NCBI GenBank assembly: GCA_930979925.1 | Contig: CAKNIB010000008.1 | Span: forward strand, 217 to 64,216 | Reading direction: 5' to 3' | Length of the DNA stretch: 64,000 nt | Source: an uncultured Clostridia bacterium | GTDB taxonomy: Bacteria > Bacillota > Clostridia > Christensenellales > UBA1242 | In this document: positions 45,985 through 55,223 of the stretch, one piece after another | Layout: the number at the start of each line of letters is the position of its first letter | Position numbering within the stretch: position 1 is the first letter of the stretch | Notes under the pieces: model-generated | Database searches by the model: none | Told to the model about the DNA's origin: nothing | The model's input: only the letters and a program-made list of their open reading frames with translations | Translations under genes and position numbers: made by a program

Positions 45985-46785
45985 ATGGAAAGAATTGTTG
46001 TTATTACTGGCGGGTCAATGGGTATTGGTAAGGCTACCGCCACCCTATTTAGGCAAAAAGGCGACACCGTGCTTAGCATTGCTATGCAAATAGATGAAGA
46101 GTACCCAGAGGAAAGTTATGTCGCTGATATATCTAATGAGGAGCAGGTCAAAAATATTATCTCTCAAATTGGAGAAAAATATCACAAAATTGACGTTCTT
46201 GTCAATAATGCCGGTATTGGCGTAAATGGAGCACTTGAACTGGTACCTTCTGACGTTTTTGATAAGATTATGGATGTCAATATCAAGGGCGCTTATTTAG
46301 TTACAAAATATGCCCTTCCATACATGAAAAAGGGAGGAAAAATCATCAATATTTCAAGCGTATCAGGAATGTTCCCTTCGCCATTTAGAAGTCTTTATTG
46401 TTTTTCTAAGTCTGCCCTACTTATGTCTACAATGTGTCAACGTATGGAGCTATCGCGAGCCGGCATTGATGTGTGCGCGGTTTGTCCTGGTGAGGTTAAA
46501 ACTGGCTTTATGAAAAAACGTGTGCGAATTGAAGATACTAACGAGCGTTATGGCAAGCAAGTTGAGCGGGCTTTTGCTTTTCTTGACAAGCATGACGGCG
46601 GCAAACGTATGCCACCTGAGAAAGTTGCAAAAGTTATCTTTAAACAGGCAAAGCGAAGAAAATCTAAACCTTTTGTTATAGTTGGAGCTAGTTTCAAGCT
46701 TATCTACTTTGGAATAAGAATTCTTCCTACCCGCTGGGTACTTGGTCTTACCAACAAATTTATGGGCGGCGGAAGCATTGAGTAA
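45985..46785 (+). CDS. SDR-family oxidoreductase
   Basis: 266 aa. Motifs ITGGSMGIGKA, NNAG and the catalytic YCFSK. Confidence 0.85.
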   Translation: MERIVVITGGSMGIGKATATLFRQKGDTVLSIAMQIDEEYPEESYVADISNEEQVKNIISQIGEKYHKIDVLVNNAGIGVNGALELVPSDVFDKIMDVNIKGAYLVTKYALPYMKKGGKIINISSVSGMFPSPFRSLYCFSKSALLMSTMCQRMELSRAGIDVCAVCPGEVKTGFMKKRVRIEDTNERYGKQVERAFAFLDKHDGGKRMPPEKVAKVIFKQAKRRKSKPFVIVGASFKLIYFGIRILPTRWVLGLTNKFMGGGSIE

Positions 46786-46890
46786 AAATAAAATAAATAA
46801 ATGAATAAATAAAAAATTTGTTTTGTTAAAATTTAAAAATATCAAAAATAAAAAACAAAAAATATATTTAATAAAAACAATTATAAATAT

Positions 46891-46926
46891 AAAAAATCTA
46901 ATGCCAATTTAATGGCATTAGATTTT
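46891..46926. terminator. bidirectional intrinsic terminator
   Basis: AAAAA-ATCTAATGCCA-loop-TGGCATTAGAT-TTTT, between convergent genes. Confidence 0.7.
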
Positions 46927-46931
46927 AATTT

Positions 46932-47897
46932 TTATGTTCTAGACATTCCGTAAACGCCAGAAGAACCTTTCAGCCATTCGGCAGCAGTTGATGGATCTGC
47001 AAGAGTTTCTTCATCAATATCTCCATGTGCAAATGTCCAGCCTGTTGGAATCTCATAGTAAGCTAAAGCTAAACTATTGCAATTAGTGAAGGCACCAGAA
47101 CCGATGGCTGTCACACTCGATGGAATTGTTATTGAGGTTAAACTGCTACAACCACTGAAAGCATATCCTCCAATACTTGTCACACTATCTGGGATTGTAA
47201 TTAATGTTAAACTACTACATCCGCCGAATGCATTATTACCAATGGCTGTCACTGTAGCAGTTCGTCCATTATACTGAACTGTTTCAGGAATGATTACAAC
47301 TTCTGCATCTGGACTACAACTTGCAACACTTACACTTTGTCCACTTCCACTATTAAGTGAATAGGTTAATGTACCTAAAACGGTTTCATTGATATTTATT
47401 GTTATCATTGATAAATCTATATTTTCAAGATTTGGGTTTGATACAGTTAACTCTAATGTTGTTGTAATAGGTGTTTCTGAGGTTATAGTTGTTACAGTCT
47501 CTGTATTTGCTGAAATTAGGTTAGTTATATTTATCTCTATACCAGTTATACTACTTAGTCCACTATAATCTACATTAACTAAATAAGTGTTAGTTGTAGT
47601 ATTTATTATATCAAAATACAATGCAAATGAGCCTCGGTTATTATTATGATCGCCTACATTAAAGTTAAAGTCTCCGTTGATGTAGCCTGGAGTAAAGTTT
47701 GAGATTATGACTGGGTCCTCTCCTGCCTCTTGCATTCTAACCTCTTTTACCCATAGGCTTTTATCATTTACATTAAAGTTTACACTACCATTCATGGTTA
47801 TTGTTTGACTACTTGCGGCTAGCACTCCAGCTACTACCAGTCCAAGGACTAGAATAAAAGCACTTATTAATGACAGCAGTTTTAATTTGATTGACAT
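46932..47897 (-). CDS. secreted BspA-type leucine-rich-repeat (LRR_5) protein, paralog B
   Basis: The ORF opens at 47909, but GGAGG precedes ATG 47897 (MSIKLKL...). The N-terminal ~170 aa are ~70% identical to paralog A. The C-terminus has [59 protein letters not shown]. Confidence 0.85.
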   Translation of the reverse strand: MSIKLKLLSLISAFILVLGLVVAGVLAASSQTITMNGSVNFNVNDKSLWVKEVRMQEAGEDPVIISNFTPGYINGDFNFNVGDHNNNRGSFALYFDIINTTTNTYLVNVDYSGLSSITGIEINITNLISANTETVTTITSETPITTTLELTVSNPNLENIDLSMITININETVLGTLTYSLNSGSGQSVSVASCSPDAEVVIIPETVQYNGRTATVTAIGNNAFGGCSSLTLITIPDSVTSIGGYAFSGCSSLTSITIPSSVTAIGSGAFTNCNSLALAYYEIPTGWTFAHGDIDEETLADPSTAAEWLKGSSGVYGMSRT

Positions 47898-48035
47898 TTT
47901 TACCTCCATTTTCTTTAGTATTTGATAAATTATTTAAATTATTACCTAGTTTACAATCTTATTTTATATTTAAAAATAATTGTCACTTGGGTGACGATTT
48001 AGCAAATTTCAAAGAATTTAAAATTTGCTAATTTC

Positions 48036-48060
48036 GCGCCTTCGGCGCGGGCTAAAAAAT
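48036..48060 (-). promoter_or_regulatory. conserved GC hairpin block in the leader of LRR gene B
   Basis: (C)GCGCC-TTC-GGCGC(G) plus GGCTAAAAAAT, matching 26796-26820. Confidence 0.5.
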
Positions 48061-48395
48061 ATTTTACATTTCGCGTTATGCTATAACACCCCTTGCGTCT
48101 AACCCCATAAAATCTCACGATTTTATGGGCACCCGACCGGGTCCTTATTACGAAGAAAATTCCAGAGGAATTTTCGAGGAGGTCGGAGGGGGAGTTCTAC
48201 CCCACAAATTATAAAATTTGTGGGGAGCCCCGGGGTGGGGAACCGAAAATATTTTTTATCACGAAGTGTAAAAAATATGTGTTTTAGCGGTTAGACGCGC
48301 ATAAGCGCGTCGTGCCCGCGTTTCATTTTTCTTAAATTAAAAAATTTAAGAAAAATGATAAAACTTGGGTTCCACCCTAAAAGCGATAGCTTATT
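48061..48395. other. ~335-nt GC-rich, hairpin-dense insertion between promoter and GC hairpin of LRR gene B (structured RNA or MITE-like element)
   Basis: Perfect hairpins lie at 48105-48128, 48155-48175, 48200-48225, 48294-48311 and 48323-48358. There is a 10-nt long-range complement between 48095-48104 and 48289-48298. Absent from the equivalent position of copy A, where only 34 nt (26821-26854) occupy this position. Confidence 0.5.
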
Positions 48396-48420
48396 TTACC
48401 CCCCCCGAATTTTTTGTCAA
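48393..48420 (-). promoter_or_regulatory. promoter TTGACA-16-TAAAAT with a G8 tract in the spacer (twin of 26855-26882)
   Basis: Minus strand reads TTGACA AAAAATTCGGGGGGGG TAAAAT. The C8 run occupies 48399-48406 on the plus strand. Confidence 0.5.
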
Positions 48421-48536
48421 GCGATTTTACGCTATTTTTGAAAATTGTTGAAAATTTTTGCATGAATTCTTAATTTCAAAATCTTTTATACGACCGCATG
48501 AAGCGAGCGTGATGGATTTGGTGTCACGCCAAGCAT

Positions 48537-48654
48537 GAGGCTTGCCTATTGTCAGCTTTTATAAAAAAGTTGACAATAGAATGTTGTGACAACCAAAGGT
48601 TATTACAACATAAAAGAGACCGAAGAATTTTTCTTCGGTCTCTTTGCAAGCCTC
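48537..48654. repeat. 118-nt conserved structured element, copy B
   Basis: Same length and architecture as 27017-27134. Lies 138 nt downstream of the groEL stop. Confidence 0.6.
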
Positions 48655-48791
48655 GTGACTGAGGTGTTAAAATAAAACTCTTGTCTCGTGGCTGATATTA
48701 TACTAAACTGATGATATACTAAAATGTAGTTTATGTTATATTAATAATAATGATTGATAAGTATGACAACTATTAATAATCAACTCTATTA

Positions 48792-50414
<1,623 letters not shown>

Positions 50415-50702
50415 CTAGTCCTCAATAACTGCGAGTATGTCAGGTTGTCTTACAACAACATACTTTTGCTCGTCAACTGACACCTCGGTGCCTGTGTATT
50501 TGCCGTAAAGCACCTTATCGCCTACCTTTACTGCCATGCCGATGTCTTTGCCTTCGGCGTTCTTACCGCTACCTACTGCCACAACTTCGGCAAGTTGGCT
50601 CTTCTCTTGAGCGGCGGTTGGAAGGAGTATTCCTCCCTTAGTTTCGCTCTCGCTTTCTAGTGGTTTTAATACCACTCTATCAAACAATGGTTTTATTTTC
50701 AT
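50415..50702 (-). CDS. groES: co-chaperonin GroES
   Basis: 95 aa. [14 protein letters not shown]...GGILLP. Confidence 0.95.
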   Translation of the reverse strand: MKIKPLFDRVVLKPLESESETKGGILLPTAAQEKSQLAEVVAVGSGKNAEGKDIGMAVKVGDKVLYGKYTGTEVSVDEQKYVVVRQPDILAVIED

Positions 50703-50716
50703 TTTTCCTCCTTTTG

Positions 50717-50756
50717 TTAGCCATTGGCTAAAAAGTGACTGTCATGGGCAATCACT
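50717..50756 (-). promoter_or_regulatory. two palindromes in the groES leader (possible operator, not canonical CIRCE)
   Basis: TTAGCCA-T-TGGCTAA lies at 50717-50731. AGTGACTG-N7-CAATCACT lies at 50734-50756. Both sit between the promoter and the RBS. Confidence 0.35.
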
Positions 50757-50773
50757 TTGGCTTTTGCATAGAT

Positions 50774-50802
50774 ATTATACTACTTTTTTTCGCGCATTGC
50801 AA
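50774..50802 (-). promoter_or_regulatory. groESL promoter TTGCAA-17-TATAAT
   Basis: Minus-strand hexamers lie at 50802-50797 and 50779-50774 with a 17-nt spacer. Confidence 0.6.
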
Positions 50803-50857
50803 AAGATTGTGCCACTTTATTTTTCATAGATTGTAAAATTTTGTCATACATTAAACT

Positions 50858-51628
50858 ATGTCACGACTTAAAGAGTTTGTTTCTTCCAAGAAATCCATCA
50901 TCACGGTTTTTGCCGTTGTTTTTTTGATTGTATGTCTGTTGGTTGCAAATTTTCTATCACTTTTACTTGTAAGAACTGGCGGAGAAGGCGAAAGTGTAAG
51001 CTCTAGTGCCTTTGATGTATATATGCTATCGCTTGCCAAAAGTCAGGTAGAAAAAGAGGCTGAGGCAAGAGCCTCTGACTTTCAGTCTATTGGCGCTGGT
51101 GGGTACATTTGGGAGCAAGACGGTTACTACCATGTGATAGCAAGTTGCTATATTAACAAAAATGATGCCGTGCTTGTGCAAAACTCAGTTAAGGCAAATC
51201 AGGGGCTTGAAAGTGAGATTATTTCTGTGCAGTTTAAGAGTATCACCTTAAATGGAAGTTTTACAAGTGAGGAGAAAAAAGTTTTAACAAAAGCGCTGTC
51301 CGCCTGTTACGACTACTACTTAAGTATCTATGATGTTGCTATCAGTCTTGACACAAAGGTATACAATGAAATCTCGGCAAGGCTGGCTGTTAATAACACG
51401 CATAACAGCCTCTCCACTACCCTAGCTAACTTTAATACCCTCTTTGAAAATGTAGAGTTTGAACCTATAAAAAAGCTTGGCGCTACGCTTGAAAGTGCAC
51501 TTGAAAAAAGCAAAGAGTTGTGTGGAGGCATGCTTGAAAACACAAGCCAAACATATTCCTCTTTGCTAAAATATAGATATACCGAGGTTCTAGGACTATA
51601 TTTTGATTATATTGAAGAAAACATATAG
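50858..51628 (+). CDS. membrane-anchored protein, possibly SPOR-like domain
   Basis: 256 aa. N-terminal TM is IITVFAVVFLIVCLLVANFLSLLLV. GAGGYIWEQDGYYHVIASCY...AVLVQNSVKA loosely resembles SPOR. Confidence 0.55.
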   Translation: MSRLKEFVSSKKSIITVFAVVFLIVCLLVANFLSLLLVRTGGEGESVSSSAFDVYMLSLAKSQVEKEAEARASDFQSIGAGGYIWEQDGYYHVIASCYINKNDAVLVQNSVKANQGLESEIISVQFKSITLNGSFTSEEKKVLTKALSACYDYYLSIYDVAISLDTKVYNEISARLAVNNTHNSLSTTLANFNTLFENVEFEPIKKLGATLESALEKSKELCGGMLENTSQTYSSLLKYRYTEVLGLYFDYIEENI

Positions 51629-51630
51629 AA

Positions 51631-51658
51631 AAAGCAGAGAATGGGCTCTGCTTTTTTT
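51631..51658 (+). terminator. intrinsic terminator
   Basis: AAAGCAGAG-AATGGG-CTCTGCTTT followed by TTTT. Confidence 0.7.
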
Positions 51659-51659
51659 A

Positions 51660-51925
51660 AGATCGCGAAATTCCAAATCCGTTACCAGAACCACCTGAAG
51701 CGAGCGTGGCGAAAGTCGTGCGAGCGTTCTCGCGTGCGACCAACGGGAGCGTGAGGATAATGGAGCGATAGCGACACCACAAAAAGCCCGTGCGTCCAGC
51801 GGGAGCGTGGGCGAGAGCGACGTCGAGGCAAAGCCGAGGTGGAGCGGATGCGAGCGTACGAGCAAAGCGAGTGTGCGAGCAAAGCGAGTGTGCGAGCAAG
51901 AGTGAGCGAAGCGAACGAAGTAAAA
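51660..51925. repeat. GC-rich degenerate ~16-17-nt tandem-repeat block
   Basis: A perfect 17-nt unit AGCAAAGCGAGTGTGCG occurs twice (51861-51877 and 51878-51894), flanked by degenerate copies of the form GCGAGCG(T/A)... The local GC content is far above its surroundings. Confidence 0.6.
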
Positions 51926-52047
51926 GCTGGTAAAATTGAGTTTTTAAGTCATACCATTATTAAGGTTTTGTTGTCTCTCTAATGTTTTTCATTCGTCTTG
52001 TTAAATGGCTTATCAATGTTTTGGGAAAAAATCTAAAAAAACACATA

Positions 52048-52083
52048 CAAAAAAGCACCTCATTAAAGTCTATTTGAGGTGCT
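52048..52083 (-). terminator. intrinsic terminator after the M1 peptidase gene
   Basis: Minus strand: AGCACCTCA-loop-TGAGGTGCT followed by TTTTTT. Confidence 0.7.
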
Positions 52084-52130
52084 ATAAATGCATGGTTTTG
52101 AAATCATTTTACTTGAAAAATTGTTAAAAT

Positions 52131-53636
52131 TTATTGTATTACTACTTCGCCGTTTAGCCAGCTGGAGATAAAGCCTTCTAGGTCATAGCCTGTGCTTTTA
52201 TTAAATGAGGCTATCATATCGGCAGGAGTGGCGTTTTTATAAGCAAAGTCTTGATAGTAGTCTTTTAGCGCCTTAAAAAACTTGCGGTCGCCAACAGTTT
52301 CCCTGATAGAATTAAACATTAAGAGTCCTTTAGTGTATGTGCATTGAACGTACTCGGGCTCTGTGTTAAATTGGCTAAGCGGTCTATCCATGCTGGTATC
52401 AACTGAGCCTGTCACGTTGGTGTAAACTCTGACAAAAGTTTTATAATTTGTTGTGGCGTTGTCTATCATTTGGTCAAAATCTTCACCATAGCTTTCGTTT
52501 TCTTCAAAAAATAGCATTGTGCTATATTCGGTTAGTCCCTCGTCCATCCATGCGTGGTTGTACTCGTCATTGCCAACAACTCCGTACCACCACTGGTGTG
52601 CTATCTCATGTACAATTACATAGGCGACGTCTTCGCTTGAAACATCATCACTAATAATGACAAGGTTAGGATACTCCATACCGCCATGCAAGAAGTTAGC
52701 TTTGACAACTGACAGCTGACTATAAGGATACTGACCAAACATTGAATTAAAAGTCTCTACCGCTTTGGCGCTTACCTCAAGAGAGCTATCTATATTATTA
52801 TCATTTTGATAGCCGTAGTAGTTTACAACGGTATTTCCTACCTTGGTGCTGGCATGAGAGAACTTGTCGCTAAGCACAAAACAAAAGTCTCTTATCTTAT
52901 CACCCTTTAATTGAGCGGTGGTAATATCATTGGTTGTTTCTGCTGTTATAAGCTGTCCAGATGAGGCTAAAGTAAGATTTGATGGATAGGACAAACTTAT
53001 CTCATAATTTGCGCATTCGCTATAAAATGGGTCGCCATTTGAGTGATAAAGGTCAGTCTTGAAGCCAACTCCACTTTCATACATACAGAGAATTGGATAG
53101 AAATTACCAAAATTTATAGTATTATTGCCGTAGCCTAGCCTATGATTGATATTTGCAAGTGTGGTCGAAAACTCTATTGTGAAGCTAATCTGCTCGTCTG
53201 GATAGACCTCCTCATTAAGCTCCACTTTAAGTATATTTTGGTCCTCACCTTCTATTGTATAGTTAAGAGGCTGTCCTTCTTTTGTTACGCCCTCTATCTT
53301 GATAGAGCCATAACTTGCCTCATTTGGATATGCGCTGTCAATATCGGATGAAGCAACTATTGGGTTTTTCGCGCCCTCTCTAAAAGCATTAGGATAGAGG
53401 TGCAAATATAAATATGTGAACATATTATCATAATTATTTACAAATGTGACCTCTTCTTGTCCTGTCAAGACCTTGCTCTCATCATTATATGAAAGCTCCA
53501 TTTTATAAGAAGAAAGCTCAAGCTCCTCCTTCTTTAAACCTTTTATACATAAAAAGGTAACTAAAAAAATGACCAAAGCGAGCAAAATGGCGACAGCGAT
53601 AATTTTAAACTTTTTATTGATTACTATTTTTTTCAT
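52131..53636 (-). CDS. membrane-anchored M1-family zinc metallopeptidase
   Basis: 501 aa. N-terminal TM helix. Gluzincin motif HEIAHQWWYG...WMDEGLTEY. Confidence 0.88.
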   Translation of the reverse strand: MKKIVINKKFKIIAVAILLALVIFLVTFLCIKGLKKEELELSSYKMELSYNDESKVLTGQEEVTFVNNYDNMFTYLYLHLYPNAFREGAKNPIVASSDIDSAYPNEASYGSIKIEGVTKEGQPLNYTIEGEDQNILKVELNEEVYPDEQISFTIEFSTTLANINHRLGYGNNTINFGNFYPILCMYESGVGFKTDLYHSNGDPFYSECANYEISLSYPSNLTLASSGQLITAETTNDITTAQLKGDKIRDFCFVLSDKFSHASTKVGNTVVNYYGYQNDNNIDSSLEVSAKAVETFNSMFGQYPYSQLSVVKANFLHGGMEYPNLVIISDDVSSEDVAYVIVHEIAHQWWYGVVGNDEYNHAWMDEGLTEYSTMLFFEENESYGEDFDQMIDNATTNYKTFVRVYTNVTGSVDTSMDRPLSQFNTEPEYVQCTYTKGLLMFNSIRETVGDRKFFKALKDYYQDFAYKNATPADMIASFNKSTGYDLEGFISSWLNGEVVIQ

Positions 53637-53772
53637 ACTATATGATATTATCCTTGTCCAAAAATAATGTCATGAAAAAAGTAGATAATTGTAAAATTTT
53701 AATACATCATATTTTGCTTAAAAATGTTTGTAAATTGCGTCTTTGTGTGGTAAAATGTTAGTGGAGATTATT

Positions 53773-55215
53773 ATGGCGTTCTGTAAATATTCTACTGAGT
53801 TTATCGCAAGCTCTAAAACTGAAATTGACAACATTTTCTTAAATGACTATTTGCCTTATGCTCAACCGCAGTTTGTGATTGTGTATATCTATGGGCTGTA
53901 TCTTTGCAGTAGCACTTCCTTTGATAATTCTATGGAAAACTTTGCAAAAAGGCTCAACATGAGTGAAGAAGATGTAATTGGTGCGTTTGAGTACTGGGAA
54001 GAGCAAGGGCTTGTAAGAATATTACATACCTCTCCTATTCAAGTTACATATATTCCTCTCAAAAATGTGGTAACAGCTAATAAGTTATACAAGCCTGACA
54101 AGTATGAAGTGTTTAATCAGCAGGCTCAAGACATCTTTCAAGGAAGGCGTGCCATTTCAAAGCATGAGTATGAGGAGTATTATGACTTTTTAGAGCGTTA
54201 TCATGTGGAGCAGGAAGCTCTTCTTATGATTATGAAATACTGTGTGGAGACCAAAAAGTCGGCAGTTGGATATAACTATATTTTAACTGTTGCTAAAAAC
54301 TGGGCAAATGAAGGCATTACCTCTACCGCTCAAGTAGAAGAAAGGTTAAAATCATTTGAAGACAAGAGCCCTGAGCTGAGTGAGATTTTCAACGCTGTTG
54401 GATTGAAGCGTGCGCCGTACGTTGAAGAGCGAGCACTACTTAATAAATGGCTAAACGACTATGGGTTTAACTTAGATGTTACACTTTATGTCTGCAAAAC
54501 TATTAAGAAAAAAGCTAGATTTTCTTTTGAGCGAATGGACAATATACTTACTAAGTATTACGAGATGAAGCTTATGTCTATCATGGAAATTGAGAGCTTT
54601 GAAAAAGAAAAGCAATCGCTATATGACCTTGCTAAAGAGATAAATAAGACTATTGGTGTTTACTATGAAAACCTTGAAGGCGTGGTTGAAAACTATATCC
54701 TCAAATGGATAAACATGGGCTTTGATAGGGAGCTACTGCTTGAGATTGCCTCCTACTGCTTTAAAAACTCTATAAGAACACTTGAAGGCATGGATAGAAC
54801 GGTGGCAAAATTCTATAAGCTGGGTATTCTAACGCTTTCTGCCTTCAATGAGTATATGGGGCAAATCCTTGCTGATGATAGCAAGATAAAAGATATACTA
54901 ACCACGCTCAATATAAGCCGTAATGTCAGCACATATGACAGGTCAAACTATAAAATTTGGACGCAGGAGTGGAAACTATCGCAGGAGCTTATATCCTATG
55001 CAGTCGAACTTGCCAAAGGCAAGGAAAACCCTATGAAATATCTTGTACGAGTGCTTGCCGACTATAGAGATAAAGGTATAAAGACAATAGAAGAGGCAAA
55101 AAATAATACACCTATTAAAGAAACTACCCAAAGTAAAAATAATTTTGGCGGAAGAAGCTACTCGAAAGAGGAAATAAACGCCCTCTTCCAAGCTATAGAT
55201 GAAATTGATGTTTAG
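53773..55215 (+). CDS. dnaB: DnaD-domain replication initiation/membrane attachment protein (B. subtilis DnaB-like)
   Basis: RBS GTGGAG precedes ATG 53773. Two DnaD-like C-terminal motifs are present (YNYILTVAKNWANEGITS and MKYLVRVLADYRDKGIKT). Lies immediately upstream of dnaI. Confidence 0.75.
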   Translation: MAFCKYSTEFIASSKTEIDNIFLNDYLPYAQPQFVIVYIYGLYLCSSTSFDNSMENFAKRLNMSEEDVIGAFEYWEEQGLVRILHTSPIQVTYIPLKNVVTANKLYKPDKYEVFNQQAQDIFQGRRAISKHEYEEYYDFLERYHVEQEALLMIMKYCVETKKSAVGYNYILTVAKNWANEGITSTAQVEERLKSFEDKSPELSEIFNAVGLKRAPYVEERALLNKWLNDYGFNLDVTLYVCKTIKKKARFSFERMDNILTKYYEMKLMSIMEIESFEKEKQSLYDLAKEINKTIGVYYENLEGVVENYILKWINMGFDRELLLEIASYCFKNSIRTLEGMDRTVAKFYKLGILTLSAFNEYMGQILADDSKIKDILTTLNISRNVSTYDRSNYKIWTQEWKLSQELISYAVELAKGKENPMKYLVRVLADYRDKGIKTIEEAKNNTPIKETTQSKNNFGGRSYSKEEINALFQAIDEIDV

Positions 55216-55223
55216 GAGTTAAA

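Noticed and set aside
46450-46845. 131-aa minus-strand ORF overlapping the 3' end of the SDR gene
   Set aside because: It is antisense to a clear SDR CDS. Its translation is low-complexity and it has no RBS.
48499-48511. 13-nt identity TGAAGCGAGCGTG shared between 48499-48511 and 51696-51708, suggesting a dispersed repeat family
   Set aside because: Tens of chance 13-mer matches are expected among all position pairs in a 64-kb window on both strands, so this match alone is not significant. I kept it only as a hint.
50703-50857. Canonical CIRCE (TTAGCACTC-N9-GAGTGCTAA) upstream of groES
   Set aside because: It is not present. Only the shorter palindromes reported as a finding occur there.
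51861-51894. Possible CRISPR array
   Set aside because: It has only two perfect 17-nt units, directly abutting with no spacers. The units are far shorter than CRISPR repeats, and there are no cas genes in the window.
51596-51899. Three mutually overlapping minus-strand ORFs (89, 80 and 66 aa) in the GC-rich block
   Set aside because: They overlap one another in different frames and have TTG or weak starts with no RBS. They are Ala/Arg/Leu-rich, as expected from GC-rich non-coding repeats in an AT-rich genome, so I treat the region as a repeat rather than coding.
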